From Neocallimastix sp. 'constans' (Eukaryota): a stretch of DNA of 64,000 nt. The stretch spans positions 186,001 to 250,000 of the forward strand of contig JBODTK010000135.1 in assembly GCA_050613775.1 (NCBI GenBank), given 5' to 3'. The notes beneath the pieces were generated by a model that was given only the letters and a program-made list of their open reading frames with translations, ran no database searches and was not told where the DNA came from. A program made the position numbers and the translations under genes. Shown here one piece after another: positions 27,309-40,406 of the stretch (the stretch's first letter is position 1; each line of letters opens with the position of its first letter).

Positions 27309-27743
27309 GTTTTGTTTTTTTTTTTGTTTTTGTTTTTGTTTTTGTTTTTGTTTTTGTTTTTGTTTTTTTGTTTTGTTTTATTTTGATATCCAAGATTAAA
27401 ATATTTTATAATTATTGTTTATTAAATTATATCTTTATAGTTATTTATATGAGGTTCGAAATACACTTCGACCACCTACAAGAAATATATTTTTAGGTTC
27501 GAATAACACTCGACCACCTAAGGAAATTTTATATTATCGGTTCGAATACCTTTCGATCACCAATAGAAGATATAATTATATTAAGGTTATAAGTTCGAAT
27601 GACACTTCGACCACTTATAATGATAATTATTTGGTTCAAGATACACCTCGACAACCAAATTAAACAGGTAGTAAAAAAAAAATATAGTAGTCTTTCTTCT
27701 TTGGCTCAATTTCACTTAACCACAGAGTAAGAACAGTAAACAA

Positions 27744-27787
<44 letters not shown>

Positions 27788-29672
27788 CAGTACACTAGAA
27801 TTTCTTATATGTAGCACGGAATAAATTAATTGCTAAATTAAAAAAAATTAATATGGAAAATTTATAAATATTTCTTATATATATATTATTAGCTTTATAT
27901 TATTTTCGGATCCGCAGATTCTTTACAGGGCCGTTCGACCTCCACTATTGAACCGTCAGAATAGTGAATATAACAGAGTAGTGTGTGCCTGTACGAACAC
28001 GGGACCTTACCACTTTTTCTATTCTGTTATCACTTGTATCACTAAACCTTATTCAATAATGCTCTACTACCTCCCTATGTGTAAAGCAATCCTTCTCCTA
28101 TTCTCTAATATAAACGTCTAATTTTTATATCTATATATATCAACAGTCTTGGTATCAATATATAGATACTATATATATGTATATATTTATAAATTTGAAT
28201 TTATAATTTCAATTATAATATAATTTAGTCGATAATATAAATACGAATTACTATATACACTTAATTGTAACAAAGCCTTAAGCTAAGGAGTTTTTCATCC
28301 AACAGCCGCCGATTACAATAAGTTATAAATTGTATAAAAGTATTCTTATATTAATGAATAAATGTATAATATAATTAAATTATTATTCTTACTAATTAGT
28401 ACTTGACAGGAATAAATATTTCAAAGTTTTATATCACACTGTTTCTCTTGCACAAACAGAAATATAACAACTTTGTTGAATGAAATTATTTATCCAACTA
28501 ATATAGTAAGGACGTAGGTGCTACTTTAAATTATTAATATTTATTTATGTATATATTATATTTCTATATTATTGTAAAAAAAAATTTTTTTTTTTTTTTT
28601 TTTTTTTTAATTAAATAAAATTATTGTGTATATTTTAATATTAGTTTTTAATTTTGAAATCCCCGATATCTCCACCAAACTTTATGTTATGGCTCGAGGA
28701 ATTCAAAAAAAAAAAAAAAAATTATATAATATTAAAACACAAAAAAAAATTTTATTCTTTCACAATAATTTTTATTTATTTATTATATTTTTATTTTAAT
28801 TTTTATTTTATTTTTATTATTATTTTTATTTATTTATTTTATTTTTATTTTATTTTTATTATTATTTTTATTTATTTATTTTATTTTTATTTTATTTTTA
28901 TTATTATTTTTATTTATTTTTATTTATTTTTTTTTTATTTATTTATTTTTATTATTTCTATTTTTTTTTTCTTTTTTTTTCTCTCCCCCCTAAAAAGGGG
29001 TTCCAAGGTAGTCAATTTATATCTTTTTGAAGATATAAAAGTAGCAAAGCCTCTGGAAGTAGTTGAAGAGATGGAAAAACAATAGATTTTTAATCTTATA
29101 GATTATTTCCTTATTGTAATAAATAGAAATTTTATTATTTCCTAATATTCAAATTATCCAAAATAAATCTATAATATAAAAGATGCATTATAGATAAGAA
29201 TTAAACAAAAAAAAAGAGAAGCAGTATTACAATAAAATTGAATACTTTAACTTAATTTTGATACTAATTTAATATGTAATCTTATATATTAATTTGAATG
29301 ACATAATAGAAAATAAAATACATTTATTAATATATGAAAAATCTTTTACAATTTTAAATACAGAAAATTTTATTTTATTTATTTCTTTCATTTCAATTAT
29401 TTATTAATTCGAAAGACAGAAATATTGATAAAGTTATTTAAGTTGTTTATATACAGGAATTATTCCTTATTTAGAAAAATAATACTAAAAGTAATTAGTA
29501 CTATGTTATTGCTAAACTCTCATAAATTTAATTTACCTTTATAAGGAATGAACATAAATTTAAATTAAATTTTATGTATAAACTTAAATTTTCAGATCAA
29601 ATAATATAGTAAAATTATTAATGTAAAGAATACATAAATTTATTAATATTTTAAAAATCACCTTGACTATAT

Positions 29673-30407
29673 TGTTAAAAAGTAAACAGGTTGAATTTAA
29701 CGAGGAATCAGGTTGATATATCTATATAATATAACTATATAGATATAAGTAAATTACTAAAATAAAAGAGTTATAAAGTTAAATTTGTTAATTTAACACT
29801 TAATTAAAACTAATAATTGGTTTGATATGATAAAAATTTTTATTTATTAATAAAAATATATAGTTATATTATAATAGGTTAACTATAACCTTACAAAGGA
29901 CAAAAAGATAAATTTGAATTTTCTTTTTATACTTTGTAGGTTTGAGAATATTGATAATAATAATATAAAGTTGATAATAATAATATTTAGTATAAGAATA
30001 TGTTTAATATAAATAAATTATATTTTTTAATCTAATATATTAGCTAATATATATAATATAATATTAAATTTAAATATTTAATATAGTAATTAATAATTAA
30101 TAATTAATTAAATCAATATAACATAAATTAATACATAAACATTAATTTATGAATCAAGGATGACATGACCAAATGATTCATGTTAATAAATATTTTATTT
30201 ATTAATAATATTTAAGTTTAATATGATATCATTAGAATCAGTAGGCCTAAGCTGGTCCTAAGATGATCAAATAACTTATAATATTATAAAATAAATAAAA
30301 TTTAAAGAATAATTAATGAATTATAAATTTTTATTAATTATTTTGTTTTTAATAATTTTAATTGAAATTAATTGAAATTGAAATTTAATTCAGTTGTAAT
30401 TTCGACA
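29673..30407. mobile_element. Solo LTR inserted in the 5' LTR of element C
   Basis: TGTT...GACA, TSD TATAT; absent from C's other LTR. Confidence 0.9.
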
Positions 30408-30462
30408 TATATTAAAAGGTTTTTAATAAGAATCAATTTATTACTTCATTCTTTATCATTCA

Positions 30463-31482
30463 TGGTAGACTCGGGGTTGACACTTAGATATTTAAAATCA
30501 AGCAGGGGGGGACGGGTATTACCCTGCTTTGATTTTAAAAAAAAAATATAAATCTTTCTTTATTAAAAATTATTTATTTTTTTTATTAATATAAAAGTTT
30601 TTTTTATTTAAAGTACACACATTTAATTTTTAAGAAATTGTTACAATATTTATATTTTTTTATAAATTTAAAGTATAATTAATTGTTTATAATTTAAGTA
30701 ATTTTAGAGAATTATTGAATTAATTTTATATCAATAATTCATTTTTGTTTTAATTTTTATAAATATAATAATATAATATTCAAATATAATTTAATTAAAA
30801 ATAATTATAAAATAAATATATAGAAAATAATTTTTACTATTTTCTTTGATATTTTTAAGTTAAATAAATTGTTTTTAAAGATTAATATAATAAATTTAAT
30901 AATCTTTAATTATTTTAAATAATACTTGTAATTATTTTCAAAATAAAATAAAATTTTTATAATATTTAATTAATAAATTTGATAATATTTAAATAATAAT
31001 TTTTATAATAAGTAAAAATTTTTAATAATAATTTTTAATAATAAATTTAATTAATAATCTTAATAATTTTATAATAATATTTAATAGTTATAATAAATAA
31101 ATTTTTATAATAATATTTAATAATTTTAATAATTTTATAATATTAATAATTTATAATAATTTTTAGAATAATATTTAATTAATAATTTTAATAATTTTAT
31201 AATAATTTTTATAATAATATTTAATTAATAGTTTTAATAATTTAGTATCTTAAAAGTATAATTTTAATATTTACAATTGTATTTTAATATATACATATAT
31301 TTAATAATATAACAATAAAGTAATTAATTAAAATTTATTTACATTATTTACAAGTGTAAATTAATTTATATCAAAATAAATTAAATTTACAATGAGGTTT
31401 AGGTTATGAAGAATATAGGAAAGTACAATTTAGTAAAGAATTATTAATAATAAAATAAAGGTTATTAATTCATTCTTTACCA
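30463..31482 (-). mobile_element. Solo LTR (stack member)
   Basis: TGGTA...TACCA, 4-bp TSD TTCA; right end CATTCTTTACCA resembles C and E LTR ends. Confidence 0.85.
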
Positions 31483-32175
31483 TTCATGGTACAGGACTTT
31501 TCATTTATTTATTTTCAATAATAATATATTCTAATTAATTCTAATTAAACTTATTTAATTATTTCCGAATATTATCTAAACTAATTAAACTCAACATTAA
31601 TATTCTAATGTTTTTAAATATTAACTAAGCTCTCTTTTATTTTATTTTAAACCCCTTAACTAACTTAATTATTATTTAAACTTAAAGCTATTATATTAAC
31701 AACACAGCTTAACACTAAATTAAAACACCCTTAATTTATTTTACCTTATTTTATTCTAAAATTTAATTTATAAAATTTTGAGAGAGAGTTTTTAATATTT
31801 TTTGATTTTACAAGTTATTTATAGAATTTAATAAAGTTTTTTAATTGGTTCAAATAAATTTTTAATTAATTAAAATAAAATAATGTATAAAAAATAATAA
31901 AATAATATATAAAAATAATAAAAATTAAAGTAAAAATAAAAGTAAAAGTAAAAATAAAAATAAAAATATAAAATAAAAATAAAATATAAGATAAAAATAA
32001 TATAATAAAAATTAAAATAAAAATAAAGTAAAAGTAAAAATACAAATAAAAATTTAAAATAAAAATAAAGATATAAAATAAAAATAATATAAAAGAAATA
32101 AAAACAAATATAAAATAATAAATTCAATAATATAAGCAATATTAGATTGTTCCGTATCAAGATGCCCCCGTTGAG

Positions 32176-35100
32176 TTAGGACTTCGTCCCTGAAGTCTCA
32201 ATTTCACATAACTTATACGGAACAATATTTTTTAAATGGACATTACGTTCTGCAATTTCATTAGTGAGCGGATCACACAAGGTAACAGTATTAAATTGTT
32301 TTTTAACTATCTTTATTGGTCCAAGGAAAAATGGGTCAAGTTTTCTTCGATTTATTAGTCGTACTAATACAAGATCCCCTGGATTGTAATCTGCCTTAAG
32401 TCTCTTCATTTGTTTTCTCCGATCTTCCCAAAGCTTATTAGCTGTTTCAATATTGTTAACAGCTTCTTTTATCCATTTATTATGTTTTGTGAATCTTCTA
32501 ATTAAATATTCTTCGTCAGACTCCCACTCCTCTTTTTTATCTAAGTTAATCATTAGCTCAAATGGCTGCAAATCCCGACGACCATATAGAAGCTCAAAAC
32601 TTGAAAATTTAGTTGTTTCATGCTTACATGTTCTAATAGCCCATAATGCACTTGGAAGGATTTCGTCCCAATTAGTAGTATTTTTATTACATAATATTCT
32701 TAAATACTTCCCAATTTCTTTATTGCGATTCTCTACCTCACCATTGGATTCCGGGTGATAAACATTAGTATAGTTTACATAGACACCATAGAGATCTAAG
32801 AAAGACTTTGTCTTATCTGATCGAAACTGCGGACCGTTGTCAGTGACAAGTATCTCTGGTGTACCGTGCCTAGAAAATACTCTTGTAAGAAAATGTATGA
32901 CATCATCAGATTCGATATTAATACTGGGTTCGGCTTCGACCCACTTGGTAAGATAATCTACTAATACAAAGATATATTGGTATCCCTTCTGTGTTTTGGG
33001 TAAAGGTCCAACAATGTATAATCCAACCTTCGTAAATGGTAAACCAGGTTTAGTAGATAAATTTTCAGTTTGATAATTTCCTGTTTGTGGACGAAAGAGT
33101 TGGCATCTTTTACATGTTCTAACTAAGTACTTAACATCCAATATCATGTTTCTCCAGTAGTAGTCGCGTTTGAGCCGATTATAAGTCTTGAATATTCCTT
33201 CATGCCCGATTCCATGGGCCTGTAAAACAAGATTTATCTTTTCTTCATTATCCTTTATAACTTTTCTTAGGGTTTTAGAATCTTTATCATCATAATATTC
33301 TACATTGTCAATTGTTACAAAGCTATTTTTAAAATTATTAACGGGGTTATTACCATCTTCCAATATTAAAGGAGCAACTATTTCGTCTTTAGATTCCATT
33401 CTGGACAGTGCATCTGCTATGACATTCTTTTTTCCGGGTTCGTATAATACTTTTATTTTAAGCATTGAAAATAATATTACCCATCTTGTCTGTCTTGCAT
33501 TATTTGTTTCTTTATTCTTAAAGAGTCCTACTAATGGTTTGTGATCCGTGTAGAGAAGAGTTTCGAATTTATTTCCAGCAAAGTATGATTTAAATTTTTT
33601 GACACAATAAGCAGCAGCAGTACCTTCAAGATCAGTAATTCCGTAGTTTTGTTCTCCTGGTTTTAAAGTTCGACTAATAAAATGTATTGGCTTTTCATTA
33701 TTTTTTTTATCTTTCTGTAATAATACACCTCCTATTCCTGAATATGATGCATCCGTACGTATAATAAATTGCTTTTCAAAATCTGGCATTGTTAGTATTG
33801 GTGCTTTCATTAATCTATCTTTCAACTTATCGAATCCTTCTTCTTGTTCTGAGTTCCAAACAAATGGGGTTTCTTTCTTTAAAAGTTTATAGAGAGGTTT
33901 AGCAATACTTGAGTAATTAGCAATAAATTTACGATAGTATCCAACTGCGCCCAAGAAGGACTGGAGTTGCTTTACTGTTGTAGGAGCAGACCAACTAGCA
34001 ATGGCGTTGACTTTAGACATTATCGGTGAAATTCCTTCAACTGAGAGTGTATGTCCCAGAAGCTCTACCTTTTTCTTAAAGAAATTGCATTTTTCTAGAT
34101 TTACTTTTAACCGATTTACGGATATAATTTCAAAAACTTTAATAATATCTTTAATATGTTCTTCTAATGAATTGGAAAAAATAACTAAGTCGTCGATGTA
34201 GATGAACATACATACTCCAATTAGTGGGAAAAAGATCCTGTTCATTTCCCTCTGGAAGGTTGTTGGTGCATTACAGAGACCGAAAGGCATGACACGAAAT
34301 TGATAGTTTCCAAAGATAGTAGTGAAACTGGTTTTAGGAATATCATTCTTTGACATTGGAATTTGATGGAATCCTGAAAACAAGTCTATGGTTGTAAAAT
34401 ATTTGACTTTCTTCCCTATGGAGAAAAGGATTTCATCTATTAAGGGTAATGAGTATGCATCTTTTATAGTTAAATCATTCAATTTTCGAAAGTCTATGCA
34501 CATTCGCCATTTATTATTTTTTTTAAGAACTAGTATTACAGGGAAAGACCATGGTGAATTGGATGGTTCTATAAGTTTATTATTAATTAACTTGGTGATT
34601 TCTTCCTTAAGTGCATCAGCTTGTACCTTTGATAAGCGATAGCATTTTTGTTTGATTGGTTTAGCACCATCTTTCAATTGAATGGTATGTGGTAATAATT
34701 TAGTTGACTGTAATTCCTCAATTTTGGTAGCTAAAATATGATAATATTTATTAAATAATTTTTTAACTTGTTTTTTATATTTCCACGGAATTTCCAATAT
34801 TAACTTATCAATTATTTCCTTTTTCTCGTCAATATCCTCTTTTTCTTTTACCTTTTTTGTAAAACAAAGTAACAACAATCTGTCTTCTTCTTCATTTGTT
34901 TGTTTGGTAGGCAATTCTTCAGTGCTTATACATTTATCCTTTTTGTGTAAAGGTATTATTCTCTCCCAAGTCTCATCTCTGTTCATTCTACAAAGGAAAT
35001 TGTCAACTGGGTTTATGAAAAGGTGATTTTCTTTAAGTGTTCTATATCCGATTAGTACGTCAAAGATATTTTTATCATGATCAATTATCCTAAAGCTATC

Positions 35101-35985
35101 TTGTATTTCTATATTTCCAAATTTTAGTCTCAAATAACAAGTTTCCATAACGATATTCTTATTGGAGAAAACTTGAATAATGTTATCATCAGTGTATCCA
35201 GATGGAGTTATATTCTTTAATTTGTTAAAGTATTTCCTTGTAATTAAGTTAATGCTAGCACAAGTATCTAGAAACGCTACTCCTGGTGTGTTTTCTACGA
35301 TACATTCTGCGGTCGCAACGTCTTCTCTGCTTAATGCGGACATCATCACCTTTTCTGGGTTTTCTTCAGTCATCTCAGGGGCTTTCAATTTTAATGTCTT
35401 AGAGAGTTCCGATCTTAGCTTAGGACTCGCATCAATCAATTGGGATATTGAGATATTTGCCATTAGCTTGTTTAGGTCGTCTGTAATGTTGTACCTTTTC
35501 CTTCCTTCCATCATAGACACATGTTTAGTATTGTTATTACCTAGTTGCTTATTCCTTTTTTCTTTTATTGTATCACTTGGTAATGTACTTTGATTCTTAT
35601 TTGGTTTATTGATATTGCTGTTATTCTTTTCTGTTTCGGTCTGTATTTCTTTAGTTCTTTCTATTTTTGACATGCTTTTCGCTTTATTTATTGATGGTTG
35701 TGCAATTATTGAAACATCTACTTCTTCAAGTTTTTCTATGTTGGAACTTTTGTTATTTTCAGTTTCCATGTTATCTTGAGCATACTGAAGGCCTTTAGGG
35801 ATTGGTATACTAACTGGGTTTTCTTTTAATGTTCTTATAGTTCTATTTTCATAAGGTTTTGAACCAGAATTATTTTTATTTCTTCTTATAACCGCAGCTA
35901 AAATTGGTTCTTTTGACTCTGTAGGGTTCTGATAGGTTGTGGTTTGATATACGGGAGTTTCCCTTCTCCCATTTATTAGTTTAAA
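32176..35985 (-). CDS. pol: Pol of element D (via -1 frameshift; first integrase catalytic Asp replaced by Tyr)
   Basis: FLDTCA, YIDD, TDAS, HHCC; GLYIVGP where relatives have GLDIIGP. Confidence 0.92.
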   Translation of the reverse strand, partial: FKLINGRRETPVYQTTTYQNPTESKEPILAAVIRRNKNNSGSKPYENRTIRTLKENPVSIPIPKGLQYAQDNMETENNKSSNIEKLEEVDVSIIAQPSINKAKSMSKIERTKEIQTETEKNNSNINKPNKNQSTLPSDTIKEKRNKQLGNNNTKHVSMMEGRKRYNITDDLNKLMANISISQLIDASPKLRSELSKTLKLKAPEMTEENPEKVMMSALSREDVATAECIVENTPGVAFLDTCASINLITRKYFNKLKNITPSGYTDDNIIQVFSNKNIVMETCYLRLKFGNIEIQDSFRIIDHDKNIFDVLIGYRTLKENHLFINPVDNFLCRMNRDETWERIIPLHKKDKCISTEELPTKQTNEEEDRLLLLCFTKKVKEKEDIDEKKEIIDKLILEIPWKYKKQVKKLFNKYYHILATKIEELQSTKLLPHTIQLKDGAKPIKQKCYRLSKVQADALKEEITKLINNKLIEPSNSPWSFPVILVLKKNNKWRMCIDFRKLNDLTIKDAYSLPLIDEILFSIGKKVKYFTTIDLFSGFHQIPMSKNDIPKTSFTTIFGNYQFRVMPFGLCNAPTTFQREMNRIFFPLIGVCMFIYIDDLVIFSNSLEEHIKDIIKVFEIISVNRLKVNLEKCNFFKKKVELLGHTLSVEGISPIMSKVNAIASWSAPTTVKQLQSFLGAVGYYRKFIANYSSIAKPLYKLLKKETPFVWNSEQEEGFDKLKDRLMKAPILTMPDFEKQFIIRTDASYSGIGGVLLQKDKKNNEKPIHFISRTLKPGEQNYGITDLEGTAAAYCVKKFKSYFAGNKFETLLYTDHKPLVGLFKNKETNNARQTRWVILFSMLKIKVLYEPGKKNVIADALSRMESKDEIVAPLILEDGNNPVNNFKNSFVTIDNVEYYDDKDSKTLRKVIKDNEEKINLVLQAHGIGHEGIFKTYNRLKRDYYWRNMILDVKYLVRTCKRCQLFRPQTGNYQTENLSTKPGLPFTKVGLYIVGPLPKTQKGYQYIFVLVDYLTKWVEAEPSINIESDDVIHFLTRVFSRHGTPEILVTDNGPQFRSDKTKSFLDLYGVYVNYTNVYHPESNGEVENRNKEIGKYLRILCNKNTTNWDEILPSALWAIRTCKHETTKFSSFELLYGRRDLQPFELMINLDKKEEWESDEEYLIRRFTKHNKWIKEAVNNIETANKLWEDRRKQMKRLKADYNPGDLVLVRLINRRKLDPFFLGPIKIVKKQFNTVTLCDPLTNEIAERNVHLKNIVPYKLCEIETSGTKS

Positions 35986-36884
35986 TGATTATTTTCTTTT
36001 TCTTTATTTTCTCTCTCTTCTATTTCAGCTAACTGCTTAAATGTATAAGGACATCTTCTAAAGATGTGACTTATTTTTCCACATCGGAAGCAAACTATAT
36101 TTTCATTGCGATTTGTTTCATTTTGAGATTTATTTTCAAATTCAGTATTATTTACATTTCTTTGGTTAAAATAATTATTATTTTGAAGTGTGCGTCTTTG
36201 ATTCTGCTTCTGATTATAATTATAGTTATTATTATAATTATTCCTTCTAGTATTAAAGTAATTATTACTCCTTCTATTATTATTGTATTCATGTTGATAT
36301 CTTTCAGATTGATTATTGGACTGGCCATGAAATAGTGTTGTCATTACCGTAACTTTATTTGACGTCTTTATTTGTTCCGCTCTCTCGGCCAATTCAGCTT
36401 CTTCAAACGCGTCTTCTAAATCTTCCGATCGTTGGGTAATTACTTGAGATCTAATGTAAGGTCTATACTTAATTGATTCAATATAATCATCTACAGTAAC
36501 AAATGTTTGGTAAAATTTTGGTAAGCTATCGTAGAGTTTCTTATATCTCCAATTGAAGTCGGCTATTGTTTCACCCCTTTGAATCTTCAATTTTTGTAGC
36601 ATTTTACATTTTTCTTGTGGTGTGATCCTAAGTGCTTCCTCCAAAGCTTCTTTTATCTCTTTTATGGATGGATAAATCTTACCATCTTCAGTTTCCTTTT
36701 CTAGTTCTTGTACTACACCTCTTAGCCTTCCATTTACACATTCTAATGCCCAAATGAATATACTCTTAGGAGATTCTATATCTGCTAGAGCCATCAACCT
36801 ATTAAATTCTTCAAACCAAGAGTCCAATTCTCCTGTTGATTCAGTTACTCTTGGTAATAATTTTTGGATTTCTAAAATCTTCAT
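35976..36884 (-). CDS. gag: Gag of element D
   Basis: 302 aa with CFRCGKISHIFRRC zinc knuckle, upstream of pol. Confidence 0.9.
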   Translation of the reverse strand: MKILEIQKLLPRVTESTGELDSWFEEFNRLMALADIESPKSIFIWALECVNGRLRGVVQELEKETEDGKIYPSIKEIKEALEEALRITPQEKCKMLQKLKIQRGETIADFNWRYKKLYDSLPKFYQTFVTVDDYIESIKYRPYIRSQVITQRSEDLEDAFEEAELAERAEQIKTSNKVTVMTTLFHGQSNNQSERYQHEYNNNRRSNNYFNTRRNNYNNNYNYNQKQNQRRTLQNNNYFNQRNVNNTEFENKSQNETNRNENIVCFRCGKISHIFRRCPYTFKQLAEIEERENKEKENNHLN

Positions 36885-37212
36885 TCTCTTACTTTCTGTT
36901 GTTAATATTTTAATATTTTATATAACTAATTAAACTGTTATTTTGTTATAAAAACCCGACCAGTAATCTTATTATTATACGCTAATTTCTGTGACGTTTC
37001 GTCCCCTGTGTTCATTCCGTCACTTCTCCTCGCACTTGCAAACGACTCGAAGATCTTTACACAGCCCTAATCCCCCACGCTGACCGAAATTAGCAGCTTG
37101 TATAATGCTGAAATTAAAATTACTGTTGTTTAAATAACAAAAGAAGGAAAACTTCTATTACCAGTTGAACAACAATAACAATATTTCAATCCAAAGGTTG
37201 ATGGATGGATCA

Positions 37213-37320
<108 letters not shown>

Positions 37321-37480
37321 TTTATAACTCACTATTACTACTATCACTATTATATATAAATATATTTATTAAAATTCTACACACTAAATTAATTATTATT
37401 CAATTATTTATTACTTTAACTATATTTTATTCTTTCAATTTATAAAATTTCTTATATTATTGTTATTATTAATTTATACT

Positions 37481-37528
<48 letters not shown>

Positions 37529-38291
37529 TTTTAAATTAGTCTATTCTAAATTATTGAATTAATTATTTTCATATTATTATTGTCTTGTCCTGCATAGCTC
37601 GCCAAAATTTTTATGGTACAGGACTTTTCATTTATTTATTTTCAATAATAATATATTCTAATTAATTCTAATTAAACTTATTTAATTATTTCCGAATATT
37701 ATCTAAACTAATTAAACTCAACATTAATATTCTAATGTTTTTAAATATTAACTAAGCTCTCTTTTATTTTATTTTAAACCCCTTAACTAACTTAATTATT
37801 ATTTAAACTTAAAGCTATTATATTAACAACACAGCTTAACACTAAATTAAAACACCCTTAATTTATTTTACCTTATTTTATTCTAAAATTTAATTTATAA
37901 AATTTTGAGAGAGAGTTTTTAATATTTTTTGATTTTACAAGTTATTTATAGAATTTAATAAAGTTTTTTAATTGGTTCAAATAAATTTTTAATTAATTAA
38001 AATAAAATAATGTATAAAAAATAATAAAATAATATATAAAAATAATAAAAATTAAAGTAAAAATAAAAGTAAAAGTAAAAATAAAAATAAAAATATAAAA
38101 TAAAAATAAAATATAAGATAAAAATAATATAATAAAAATTAAAATAAAAATAAAGTAAAAGTAAAAATACAAATAAAAATTTAAAATAAAAATAAAGATA
38201 TAAAATAAAAATAATATAAAAGAAATAAAAACAAATATAAAATAATAAATTCAATAATATAAGCAATATTAGATTGTTCCGTATCATTCAG

Positions 38292-38690
38292 TGATAACGG
38301 TATAATATATTAATTAATATTATAATGTTATACTAAAGTTGTAGTAAAATTCTAACTTTTAAGAAAGAACTATTTTACAACTTATATTAAAATTAATTAC
38401 TGCAATAAATAATTAATATAGAAAGTAAATATAAAATAAATTTTCACACAACTAATTTATCTTATATTTTTGTATTTAAACACTTTATTTATTTATAAGT
38501 TTTCATATATTAACCACTGTTAATATATGTTATTAAAAACACATTTTTATTACAATATTTTCCGTCCTTTACAAAAAAGAGACCATTTCAAATAATAAGT
38601 ATAAATGTAAAATTTATATTTTGTTTGATCACGTGTATATTCTATTAATTTTAAATTATAAAATTATTAAATTATAAAAATTCTTTATCA
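38292..38690 (-). mobile_element. Solo LTR (stack member)
   Basis: TGATAA...TTATCA; TSD TCAG is restored after removing later insertions. Confidence 0.75.
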
Positions 38691-38691
38691 T

Positions 38692-39527
38692 TGTTATGGT
38701 TCGGGTTTTATTAGAATTTTATTTAATTATTTATTTTTAATATTTTTTTCTGTCTACATTTTAATTCTTGAAAAACTTCACTTATTTATACTTTTTGAAA
38801 AAAAATAAATATGTAAAGCCTTTCTACATTTTGTTATCATATTTAAAAAAAATAATCTACTATTACTAATTACTTCAATTTTATATTAATTTAAATTAAT
38901 TAATTCATAAATATTTTTATTTTAATAAATTTTGTTTATATAATTTTATATTATTTTTCATATACTAAAACTAAATTATTTAATATATACGAAAAGAAAC
39001 AAACAAAATTTAAAAAGATTTTACAGAAAAATAAAGTTATTTTAATCAAGAATGTTAATATAATATTCTTATATTTTATATAAAATAAATTTAAAAACTA
39101 TAATATATTTAATATTTATTATTAATCAATTAAGATTTGATTTTATTTGTGGGGAATAAAAAAATATTAAATAATCAATTTAAAAATAAAATAAAATACT
39201 AAAAAGAATACAAGTTTAATATTGATACAATATAATAATAATATAATAATATATTTGAAAATAAAAATAAAATATTAATATTGATAATAAACACTTTAAT
39301 AAAATAATAAAATTTAAGGTTAAATTATAGATATTGATATTAATAATAAAAATATAGAATTATTGATAATATTTTAGAAACTTTTAATAAAAATAAAAAA
39401 AATATATTTAGAAAATATTTTAGTATAGAAAATATAGTAAAGTAATATTAAGTAAAGAATAATATACTGGATTCTAAAGTAAGTTGAAATTCTAATTAAT
39501 AATCCATTATATGTTCGTTCTTTACCA
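38692..39527 (-). mobile_element. Solo LTR (stack member)
   Basis: TGTTA...TACCA, TSD TCAT at 38688-38691 and 39528-39531. Confidence 0.85.
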
Positions 39528-39837
39528 TCATCATGTTAAGGTTTTAGAGAATTAAATAAAAATAAAGTAAGAAACACAAATTTTATTTATTTATTTATTA
39601 TTTTTATTTATAAATTTATTTGATTTTATTTGATGATATTTAAAAATTAGTAGCAAAATTTACAACTATTTATACTTTTTTTTTCAAGGCATAAAAGTTG
39701 TTCTTGCCACTAAATTACATTTTATTATTATTTTTCTTTTTATATATAAAAACTATTAAATTTAAATTGATTTTTATAATCAATTATATAAAATTTAATT
39801 ATAACAATATAAATAAAATACATTTATAATATTAATA

Positions 39838-39901
<64 letters not shown>

Positions 39902-40406
39902 CTATCTAAAATATTACTAATAAGAATTTATTTAATTGGCTAAAATTTTTATTACAATCTGTTAAAATATTCAAATAAAAATAAAAATACTATTCTAATA
40001 TAAAGGTTTTTAATAAAATAAAATATTTTTCAATATAAAATAAAACATTTCGATATAAAATTTTATAATAAAAGTTAAAATATAATATATAAATTTTTAA
40101 TTATCAATATATAAAAATATTATTAATACAAATTTTCATTATTAATATAAAAATAAAAAAATAAGATTTATTATTAATATTGTTAATATAAGTTTTAAAT
40201 ATATAAAAATATTACTATTAATATAAGATTTAATATAAAAATTATAAAGTTTAATATAATTTTTGATCTAATTTTTAATCTTTGAATTTAAAAATTTATT
40301 AAAGTACAAAAATAATAATGTACACATAATGTATTAGAAATAAATCGTAGATTTAATTAAGAATGCATTATTTAGTACATTCTTATTAAGATGCCCCGAC
40401 GAAGAC

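Larger units (their letters stand above)
20841..30458 (-). mobile_element. Element C: Ty3/gypsy retrotransposon
   Basis: LTRs 20841-21872 and 28685-30458 (latter interrupted); PBS TGGTGGAGATATCGGGGA (tRNA-Ala-like) at ~28660-28677; PPT GCGGGGGCATCG. Confidence 0.95.

Noticed and set aside
36990..37030. Hammerhead ribozyme in the D leader
   Set aside because: A GAAAC and a stem are present but the CUGANGA core is missing.
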